Notes under the pieces: generated by a model
Databases searched by the model: none
Seen by the model: only the letters and a program-made list of their open reading frames with translations
Told to the model about the DNA's origin: nothing
Program-made: the position numbers and the translations under genes
Assembly (NCBI GenBank): GCA_015232855.1
Contig: JADFYW010000001.1
Location: 56,830-120,829, forward strand
Length of the DNA: 64,000 nt
Source of the DNA: Fibrobacteria bacterium
GTDB taxonomy: Bacteria; Fibrobacterota; Fibrobacteria; UBA11236; JADFYW01
Reading direction: 5' to 3'
Shown here: positions 55,776-63,049 of the stretch, piece after piece
Layout: each line of letters begins with the position of its first letter
Numbering within the stretch: the first letter of the stretch is position 1

Positions 55776-56591
55776 TTATGGCAGGAGTGGTGTATTACCG
55801 TAATATCTGAGCGAATCTTCGGCAAATTTACTGCACCCAATCTCCGTCGGTGAAGTAAATGCATGAAAAAATGTACTGTCAGGCAAGTAGGTATAGCTGG
55901 AATCGCAGTCACTGACCCAACCTCTAACGCCATTAACCCATAAATGCAAATGAAGAGTGTCACTAGCTGAATCAAGACAGTAATAACCAAAGTCAACAGA
56001 ATCTCCGCAGCTGATTAATAAGCTGTCTTGAAAATAATCCCGAAGTGGGACAATGGAATCTTTATTGACTGTGGAATCCAGCAACAACACTGAATCACGA
56101 AAAAGTGTAATTGTTTCTTTGTAGGTAAAAAGAATGGAGTCTGTAACGGTATCACTTGAATTGACAAAAAACAGAGTTACACCGTCATTAACGTCCTGAG
56201 TAAGTTTAAGGGGGATAATTGAATCCTGTCCTCCAGAAGCAACAAGAGCACATGCATCAATCATTTCGGGGAACATGACTCTGGCATTAAGCTTCACGGT
56301 ATCCTGTTCAATGGCCAATTCAAATATTTTTATCTCCGCACATTCAAAACCCTTATTATAACCTTGTACGAATACAGGGAGCGTATCCATTTGAGGGAAA
56401 TACTTTCTTTTTGGAAGGAGTTTTAATCCCAAAACAGGTATGGAGTCAATTTGCCGGTTTTCGATAATCGGATTTTGATCCGTACCACATTGACACAAGA
56501 CAAAAAACAGAGAAAGAAAAAAGACTACAGAAATTATGGAATGTACTGTTATGCGAGACACATTATTCTGAAATGATTTTGGAACAGGCAC
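55776..56591 (-). CDS. hypothetical secreted/lipoprotein-like Cys-containing protein
   Basis: 271 aa with a GTG start. Hydrophobic SIISVVFFLSLFFVLCQC. No motif recognised. Last gene of the STAS-PEGA operon. Confidence 0.6.
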   Translation of the reverse strand: MPVPKSFQNNVSRITVHSIISVVFFLSLFFVLCQCGTDQNPIIENRQIDSIPVLGLKLLPKRKYFPQMDTLPVFVQGYNKGFECAEIKIFELAIEQDTVKLNARVMFPEMIDACALVASGGQDSIIPLKLTQDVNDGVTLFFVNSSDTVTDSILFTYKETITLFRDSVLLLDSTVNKDSIVPLRDYFQDSLLISCGDSVDFGYYCLDSASDTLHLHLWVNGVRGWVSDCDSSYTYLPDSTFFHAFTSPTEIGCSKFAEDSLRYYGNTPLLP

Positions 56592-56608
56592 TAATGAATG
56601 ATACTCCG

Positions 56609-56974
56609 TTAAGCAGGAAATTCCAACCCAGCGCTTATAAATTCTTCTATGGTTTCGGTACCGGACAATTTTAGTGTATTATATTCAGCCATTTTAAATA
56701 TGGCAACACCAATGTCTTTTGATGTGGTTATCCCCCATGTTTGAAGGACAAAAGCAGAAAATATTCCGAACTCCTGTTTTATGTTTATTCCAAATAATGA
56801 ACAAATCCGTTTAGGAGATAAATGATATTCTTTAACATCCCCTTTTAACATCAGCTTCTCGGAAAAAGCAGTTGTGGTTATCAATTCATATAAAAACCGG
56901 TAAAATTCAAGCGGATAGGTAGCTTCCTGCTTTTTTAATAACTTCGAGTAAAAATCGGCAAGATGCGTATTCAT
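56609..56974 (-). CDS. small conserved hypothetical helical protein (reminds me of the Minf_1886/TIGR04138-type family; unverified)
   Basis: 121 aa. ...HLSPKRICSLFGINIKQEFGIFSAFVLQTWGITTSKDIGVAIFKMAEYNTL... ATGA overlap with the upstream gene. Confidence 0.55.
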   Translation of the reverse strand: MNTHLADFYSKLLKKQEATYPLEFYRFLYELITTTAFSEKLMLKGDVKEYHLSPKRICSLFGINIKQEFGIFSAFVLQTWGITTSKDIGVAIFKMAEYNTLKLSGTETIEEFISAGLEFPA

Positions 56975-58011
56975 AATTCTTCACTGGTTAAAGCATAGGT
57001 GTCAGTTAAACCAAAAAAATCCCATATATCTATAATTGTACCGTCTTTTTCCATATTGAAACTAAAATCAGGCATCACTTTTGTACCAGTTGTACCAGCA
57101 TACCCTATTATCTGTCCTACCAAAATGTAATCCCCCAGCAATATATCGTCATGGATTCGGCTTAAATTTTCATACCAAACAAATAATCCATTACCATGAT
57201 AAAGGCGAATGCGAGCTCCTAAATCCCCTATTGATGTTATTGCAACTACTTTACCTTTTGAAATGGGACCAATAGGAGCACCTTCCAAACCCCAAAATTT
57301 TATTTTAAATACGGGCCAAAAAACAGTTTCATATCCCATTTGTTCCATAGCGTTTGGTATTCGTTTAAACCAAACCTTGCTTACCGGAAAATTAAAATAC
57401 GAATCACTAAGGCATTTCCCTTTCCCATTACAGAATTTCTTTCGGTAATTTTTGATACCATTATCGTTTTTTTGTCGTTCTTGTGGTATGGCTCTATACG
57501 TTTCTGCTTTGGATTTTTTTTTCACAATTATTTTATAGAGGTTCGGTATTTGGCCAGAATCTTTTTTATCAAAGAAAAATTGCCAATAATTTATGATATT
57601 GGTATGCCCTGCCAAATTATTCAGCACTTTTTTTGTGATAACAGTAGAAATTTCTCTTCCCAAATCCGGATAGAGACTGTCCAGGCGATAAAAGCAGTCT
57701 TCATTAGGAAGTTTACATTTCAACTGTATAGAACTGGAATCAATTGTAAACATGATTTCTGTTCCTATTGCAGGTTTTTGGTTGCGAATGGTTTTCGGTA
57801 TGAGACTATCCTTAAATAGGAAGGTACTATCAGTAACATCCACATATTCGCTGAGCTCTATAGGTTTTTGTTTTAAGTAAAACCTCAATTTATAAACCCC
57901 AAATGCGAGCACAACCAACGCAACCAATATGCGCAGCACTGGAATTCTTTTAGGAGGAGGGACCGGATTTGACTTAAAAGGCCCCGAATCAAATGAACTT
58001 ACTCGGGACAC
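56971..58011 (-). CDS. membrane-anchored degenerate LytM/M23 domain protein (EnvC/NlpD-like, predicted non-catalytic)
   Basis: 346 aa with a GTG start. TM helix ILVALVVLAFGVY. C-terminal ...RIRLYHGNGLFVWYENLSRIHDDILLGDYILVGQIIGYAGTTGTKVMPDFSF... follows the M23 pattern, but the HxH (PHLHFE) metal motif is absent. Confidence 0.65.
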   Translation of the reverse strand: MSRVSSFDSGPFKSNPVPPPKRIPVLRILVALVVLAFGVYKLRFYLKQKPIELSEYVDVTDSTFLFKDSLIPKTIRNQKPAIGTEIMFTIDSSSIQLKCKLPNEDCFYRLDSLYPDLGREISTVITKKVLNNLAGHTNIINYWQFFFDKKDSGQIPNLYKIIVKKKSKAETYRAIPQERQKNDNGIKNYRKKFCNGKGKCLSDSYFNFPVSKVWFKRIPNAMEQMGYETVFWPVFKIKFWGLEGAPIGPISKGKVVAITSIGDLGARIRLYHGNGLFVWYENLSRIHDDILLGDYILVGQIIGYAGTTGTKVMPDFSFNMEKDGTIIDIWDFFGLTDTYALTSEEL

Positions 58012-58020
58012 ATCAAAATA

Positions 58021-60234
58021 CTACTTCAGAATAATATAGGATGATTTGTTTTTTCCTGGATTAATCTTTAAAACCTTATCAGCCTTCTTACCATCTTTTT
58101 TTAGGCTAATTGTATGTGCACCTGAGGGTAATTCAAGCCAGTGAGGTGTTACGAAATCCAAAGTTTTACCATCTACTTTTATCGTGGCTCCTGGTGGCCT
58201 GCTTGCAATAAAAATACGTCCTGGAGGCCCGGAAGCAACTGGCGGAGCAGGCTCAGGTTCTTCTACTATAGGCTCGTCCTCAATCTCAGGTTCAGGAGGT
58301 GAAATTTTCTTTTCGATAATAGGCTCTGGCTCCGGTTCAGGCTCTGGCTCTGGCTCTGGCTCCGGTTCAGGCTTTGGTTTTGGTTTTTCTTTTATTTTTG
58401 GTAAAGAAGCATATAAAGTTTTTCTACTCGTATTTTTTGAAATAGAAGTGGAATAATCCTCGTAACCAGCTTTTTTAATCATGATTTTATTCTCATCATT
58501 TTTCAAAGTAACCTGGAGAGGAGTATTACCAGCCACCACAGAATTTACAAAGACAATTGCACCATTAGGAGAGGAGCTAATTTTAATTTTTTTAAGCTCA
58601 GGAGCCTTGGGTGGAGGTACAGGCTTTGGGTCCGCCTTTTTAATAGTGGCATTTCTTTTTGCTGGTTCTTTTTTTGCCGGTTCAAGATTAACATGGTAGT
58701 TATCCTTTTTTTCCGACTTCCTGATTGTAGCTTTATAAGTAATGTACCCACTCTTTTTTAGAATAACAGAATTGGTATTATTAAATAAACTAATCGTAAG
58801 TGGAGTAGTTCCTTTGCTGGCATAATTGACCAATACTTCAGCTCCTGAAGGGTCTGAAGTCACAAACAACTTTTTGACCCCAACTTCAACTTTTGAAGTG
58901 GTGTTACTTCTACGACTTGGAACCTTTCTTGTGGGCTTTATGTCTTCAACAGGTGCAGGAGGAACGGGTTCAACTTCTTCTATCTCAGGCTCTGATTCTA
59001 CAGGTTCGGGTACAGGGTCAAGTTCAGGCGCCTCTTGTTTTATATAAGGTTCTTCAATCATCGAAGTAGATGACTTGGACACTGACATTGTTTTAAAATA
59101 ATAAACACCAAAACCAGCAACTCCGGCAATGAGCAGAAGTCCAATAAAAATGGAAATTACTTTAGAAGATGACTTCCCCCCCCCAAGGGCTTTAATAGCA
59201 TCTTCTTCGATTGCTTTGGTTTCAAACTCTTCTCCGTTCACCGTATCATCGGTCAGAATCAAACCGGTATTACCACTTTCATCACCTTCCCAGGTTCTAT
59301 TCCCGGAACGTTTAGTAGATTTTCGTGCAGAAGGATTACGGAGCCTGTCTTGTGGGCCAAGGCGAGTACGAGAAACGTCTTCGGGTGATTCAGCTGCAGA
59401 ATCATCTTCTGAGAGTTTAAATGCATCAGAGGGCTCGTCCGAATCAGGTTCTGTACTTAAAAGAGGTTCAAGATCAGAGAGATCATCATCATCAAAGACT
59501 GCACTAATGTCTGTTGTTGCATCAGTATCTTCAACTGATTCTGATTTTACATCTTCCAACTGCATTTCTTCAAGATCAGATTCCAACTGCAAACCAGTAT
59601 CGTTCACGTCATCTGTCTTTTGTTTATTTATTTCTTCAATGTCAAAAGTCTGGATGTCTTCCTGAGTTTCTGCATCAAAACCCGCATAAGCCGCAGCATC
59701 ATTTTCGTCTGTGTCTAAAGATTCCAGAGAGATGGAAGGGGTATCGTCGTCATCTGTTCCCGACTCAAAGACATCAGGGGGGTCTTCAATATCCATGTTT
59801 AGAACATTGGGATCAGGCTCTTCATCGACTTCAGCAGATTTATTGGGAGTAGAATCTTGAGAAACACTCTCTTTTTTTCCCGTTGTTTCTATTTCATTAA
59901 TACTAAGCGCACCACTGTTATGCTTGATAATATCCTGAGAATCATCGATCACTTCAGTTTCAGAGGCATATATACGCATTATATTTTGAATCCCGGCTTT
60001 CTCCAAAATTTCCATTACTTTGGCGTTCGGGCATAAAATAGCAAGCCGGCCACTCACTCTTATCATATTACGATTTAAACCAAGGATCACATTTATGGCA
60101 TCGCTGTATAAATAATTTTGTCCAGTGAGGTCAATAATCAAATTACGAACATCATTTTTAATTAAAAAATTGACCGTCTTTTCAAACTTCAGGGAATCAA
60201 AGGCCTCACCTTCACTCATTTTACCTGAAATCAC
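58021..60234 (-). CDS. STAS domain / ~250-aa acidic disordered region / TM / three PEGA domains with (EP)n-(KP)n linker
   Basis: 737 aa as listed. STAS ...NLIIDLTGQNYLYSDAINVILGLNRNMIRVSGRLAILCPNAKVMEILEKAGI... TM helix VISIFIGLLLIAGVAGFGVYYF. PEGA units LFVTSDPSGAEVLVN..GTTPL, IKISSSPNGAIVFVN..GNTPL, IFIASRPPGATIKVDG. The true start is probably upstream of the GTG at 60234 (see findings). Confidence 0.8.
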   Translation of the reverse strand: MISGKMSEGEAFDSLKFEKTVNFLIKNDVRNLIIDLTGQNYLYSDAINVILGLNRNMIRVSGRLAILCPNAKVMEILEKAGIQNIMRIYASETEVIDDSQDIIKHNSGALSINEIETTGKKESVSQDSTPNKSAEVDEEPDPNVLNMDIEDPPDVFESGTDDDDTPSISLESLDTDENDAAAYAGFDAETQEDIQTFDIEEINKQKTDDVNDTGLQLESDLEEMQLEDVKSESVEDTDATTDISAVFDDDDLSDLEPLLSTEPDSDEPSDAFKLSEDDSAAESPEDVSRTRLGPQDRLRNPSARKSTKRSGNRTWEGDESGNTGLILTDDTVNGEEFETKAIEEDAIKALGGGKSSSKVISIFIGLLLIAGVAGFGVYYFKTMSVSKSSTSMIEEPYIKQEAPELDPVPEPVESEPEIEEVEPVPPAPVEDIKPTRKVPSRRSNTTSKVEVGVKKLFVTSDPSGAEVLVNYASKGTTPLTISLFNNTNSVILKKSGYITYKATIRKSEKKDNYHVNLEPAKKEPAKRNATIKKADPKPVPPPKAPELKKIKISSSPNGAIVFVNSVVAGNTPLQVTLKNDENKIMIKKAGYEDYSTSISKNTSRKTLYASLPKIKEKPKPKPEPEPEPEPEPEPEPEPIIEKKISPPEPEIEDEPIVEEPEPAPPVASGPPGRIFIASRPPGATIKVDGKTLDFVTPHWLELPSGAHTISLKKDGKKADKVLKINPGKNKSSYIILK
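58322..58386. repeat. in-frame GGCTCY/GGTTYN hexanucleotide tract with a 21-nt unit duplicated at a 30-nt period, encoding (EP)n(KP)n
   Basis: GGCTCTGGCTCCGGTTCAGGC occurs at 58322-58342 and again at 58352-58372. It translates on the minus strand to KPKPKPEPEPEPEPEPEPEPEP. Confidence 0.8.
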
Positions 60235-60480
60235 TTCAAAAAGCCCAAGTGTACGAATATCAAATTTGATAATATGCCTCCGCTGTTATTCCGTTTTTAT
60301 TTCTGAGCAAATATCCAGGCCAGCCCAACCAACTAACTATGTTACCATATTAAATAAGCAAACAATAAAAAATAGGGCTCATAACTAAAATTCCACTAAT
60401 CTGTTGATCTAAATTAAAAAAATTTGGGGATTTTGTTATTCTTTTTTACTTAAAAAACCATTCAATAAGAAAAAAAATCA

Positions 60481-61704
60481 TTAATCCAACTCTTCAATAA
60501 CCTCAATTTCCTCTAACTCCTCTAATTCTTCTTCCTCTTCAGGGGCCTCTAAAATTTCGGAATCAATTTCCTTTGCAGGTATTTCAGCTTCTTTTTCCAA
60601 TTCAGGAACAGCCTGTTCACCTTTTTCTTCTTCTTCTTCTTTTTTGGGTAATTTGGTAATGTTCTTATGAACTACTGGTGGAGAGGAAAAAGATTCATTT
60701 CTATTTCGTTTAAACTGCCCATTAAAAAAGAATGGGACAAAAACAAGGGAAATCCGGTGTGTCGATTCTAATTCAGGATGAGCCTGAAAACTATAGTCGA
60801 GAGAAATAAATTTTTTGTACTCATATCCAATACCAAAACTAGGTCCAAACTCATCCCATGAATTCCCTAATTCAGAAAGCCCAAACCGGAGTTTTAGACC
60901 TAAATTCAGACTATATTCAAGGCCAATATTAGCAGCGCGGTAAATATCCTGAGGACTATCATAAAAGGCCTCTCCCTTTTTAGTATATAAGGAATTACTT
61001 TCATTGACAATAATGCCTTTAGTCTGTACAGCACCTCTTATCACACCATATAAATACTCACTGGGAAGGTTAAAACCGAGTCCCAGGAAAAGATTGGGGG
61101 GTTCATATTCAAAATACTCAGAGGTCCAATAGGTGGATGAAGGAACAGCTCCTTTTAACAAAGCGCCAAAATAAATTGTTTTCAATAGTTGATACTGAAT
61201 ACTCAAATCTGCCCGTATTCCAAAACCTGACTGCTCTATTTCGCGATAAAGCATATGGAAACTTCCTCCCACATCCAACCCACCCCACCTCCTTGATAAA
61301 GCAGCGGTAATGAGGTATTCCGCTATGTCAAAAGTTTCTCCTGTCTCTTCATCCGGATCGGTACTTCTAAAATATTGTAGATTATTTACACCGAACCTGG
61401 ATATTCCTAACCCCAAAGAACTCAATTGATTAATCGGAAAAAGCACGGCAAAATGATTGTAATTAGCTAAATTAAATTTCCTGAAATGCGCAAGGGAAAA
61501 CGACAAGTCTTCTACATCATTCATCGCCGCAGGATTAACAGAAAGAGCAGTTATATCTCCAGGTAATCCGAGAAAAGTGTTTGCCATTCCAGAATATCGT
61601 GCACCAGCCCCTTCATCTGCCGTTAAATTTATTCCACTATCAGCAAAACAAATGGAATGTATCCACACGACGAATAAAACAGCAAAGCAGTTAAAAAACT
61701 TCAT
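60481..61704 (-). CDS. PorV/PorQ-like (UPF0164-like) outer-membrane beta-barrel with acidic C-terminal tail
   Basis: ATG at 61704 (MKFFNCFAVLFVVWIHSICFA); a TTG 9 nt upstream is also possible. ...GAGARYSGMANTFLGLPGDITALSVNPAAM... resembles the PorV/PorQ N-terminal motif. Tail ...EEEEELEELEEIEVIEELD. Confidence 0.6.
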   Translation of the reverse strand: MKFFNCFAVLFVVWIHSICFADSGINLTADEGAGARYSGMANTFLGLPGDITALSVNPAAMNDVEDLSFSLAHFRKFNLANYNHFAVLFPINQLSSLGLGISRFGVNNLQYFRSTDPDEETGETFDIAEYLITAALSRRWGGLDVGGSFHMLYREIEQSGFGIRADLSIQYQLLKTIYFGALLKGAVPSSTYWTSEYFEYEPPNLFLGLGFNLPSEYLYGVIRGAVQTKGIIVNESNSLYTKKGEAFYDSPQDIYRAANIGLEYSLNLGLKLRFGLSELGNSWDEFGPSFGIGYEYKKFISLDYSFQAHPELESTHRISLVFVPFFFNGQFKRNRNESFSSPPVVHKNITKLPKKEEEEEKGEQAVPELEKEAEIPAKEIDSEILEAPEEEEELEELEEIEVIEELD

Positions 61705-61934
61705 ATTACCCAATAATATACCCGGAAAAAGATATCTGCGAACAAAAACTCCTGTTTATCTGTATTCAAAGCTAATCTTTGTGTAAATAGTATAAAAAGT
61801 TATGGGTTCAAAGTACAAACCCATCAAGGATGGTCTGTATTTTTAAAAACCTGATTATTGTATATTATTTATTATTAAATTGGAAAATCTTCTCACATTA
61901 GGTAAAAATTAAGGCATTGGTAAAAAAATCGAAT

Positions 61935-62291
61935 ATGGAAGGTCTTGTTAAAATAAAAAATTTAAAGGTTAATTGCTTCATTGGCATTTTACCAGAAGAA
62001 AAATCAGCTCCTCAAGACTTGTTTTTAAGCATAACATTCTCTTTTGAAAGCACCAAAGCTGCTGAAACAGATGATATTGCCCATACGGTTGATTATGCCA
62101 AATTGACTAATTTCGTCCAGTCCCATCTTCAAAAAAACCGCTATAATCTGCTTGAATGTATGGCCGAAAAATTAATTATTTCCATTTTTAGCCAGTGGGA
62201 AAAGATATTATGGTGTAAATTAACCATAAAAAAGCCAGGGGCCATCCCCCAAGCTGAATACGCATCTTATATTCTTGAAAGAGCACGATAA
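61935..62291 (+). CDS. folB: dihydroneopterin aldolase
   Basis: ...IKNLKVNCFIGILPEEKSAPQDLFLSITF...DDIAHTVDYAKLTNFV... ATG at 61935 (alternative TTG at 61917). Confidence 0.85.
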   Translation: MEGLVKIKNLKVNCFIGILPEEKSAPQDLFLSITFSFESTKAAETDDIAHTVDYAKLTNFVQSHLQKNRYNLLECMAEKLIISIFSQWEKILWCKLTIKKPGAIPQAEYASYILERAR

Positions 62292-62871
62292 TAAATTGAA
62301 ACGGACAGATTTTTTCAAGTTCATTTTTATATGGCTAATCATCCTGTGTCCATTTCAAACTGCTACTGCAGTAGAATTATTAAAAGCGCCAGGACCTTTT
62401 AAACAAAACCCCTGGGTAAATGTTAAAATTTCGGTCATATCTGCTATTCGACAAACCGCTTATTTTACAGGATCAATAACAGCCTTTCGACCATTTGAAT
62501 TTTCTGCTGGTATCATCTCTAACGCAGCTAAATTTGAGTCAGGCTACCTCTTCAAAACCGGCCTCGCAATTCCCATTGAAAAGTACACCTCAAATACAAA
62601 CAAATCCAGATCTGCGCTTGTCCTATTGGGGTATACCAATATGATTCCCAAAAACAATTTAATCGACATTGCATATAATCCACTTCCAGACCCTCCTGAT
62701 AAAATGGAAAGTCTTACTTTTGAAATCGGATTAGATTATATCGATAAACTCACACCTTATTTCGGTCTTTGCTGGCAGGCTTCTCTTGGGATTAATTACT
62801 GGATAACAGAATGGGAAGAAATTGAGAATTTTGAACCCCTGTTTGATGTTGCGTTCGGGGTTGCTTTTTAA
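62275..62871 (+). CDS. small outer-membrane beta-barrel-like hypothetical protein
   Basis: 198 aa; TTG start uncertain. Signal-like FFKFIFIWLIILCPFQTATA; terminal ...DVAFGVAF. Confidence 0.5.
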   Translation: MKEHDNKLKRTDFFKFIFIWLIILCPFQTATAVELLKAPGPFKQNPWVNVKISVISAIRQTAYFTGSITAFRPFEFSAGIISNAAKFESGYLFKTGLAIPIEKYTSNTNKSRSALVLLGYTNMIPKNNLIDIAYNPLPDPPDKMESLTFEIGLDYIDKLTPYFGLCWQASLGINYWITEWEEIENFEPLFDVAFGVAF

Positions 62872-63038
62872 TCGGAGGACTCCCCCTCTTTTTCATTAAA
62901 ATATATAGTACAAGACTCCCTGAATTTACAATAATTTGTCGGGTCTTTACAAGTCATACATTCTTCACATACATATACATTTGTTTTCAAACAGATATAA
63001 TCAGTTTCCTGGTCTGGATGTCTCGCACATTTTCCCAT
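62868..63038 (-). CDS. 56-aa Cys-rich B-box-like zinc-finger protein (below the ORF-track length cutoff)
   Basis: Own translation: MGKCARHPDQETDYICLKTNVYVCEECMTCKDPTNYCKFRESCTIYFNEKEGESSD. GAGGA Shine-Dalgarno 7 nt upstream; starts 11 nt after the recJ stop. Spacing C-x2-H-x8-C-x7-C-x2-C matches the first half of the B-box2 consensus. Confidence 0.6.
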   Translation of the reverse strand: MGKCARHPDQETDYICLKTNVYVCEECMTCKDPTNYCKFRESCTIYFNEKEGESSD

Positions 63039-63049
63039 AATGCATCCTC

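Noticed and set aside
59129-59665. 178-aa plus-strand ORF. Similar long antisense ORFs occur at 29842..30195, 49924..50439, 57340..57819, 43680..44003 and 8729..9127.
   Set aside because: All lie fully inside well-supported genes on the opposite strand. The 59129 and 29842 ones are Ser/Gly-rich mirror images of low-complexity coding tracts. None has start-site support.
60307-60322. Sigma-54-like TGGCC-N-TTGC element (minus strand) upstream of the STAS-PEGA gene.
   Set aside because: The GG and GC dinucleotides are separated by 11 nt instead of the strictly required 10, and the -24 element is TGGCC rather than TGGCA.
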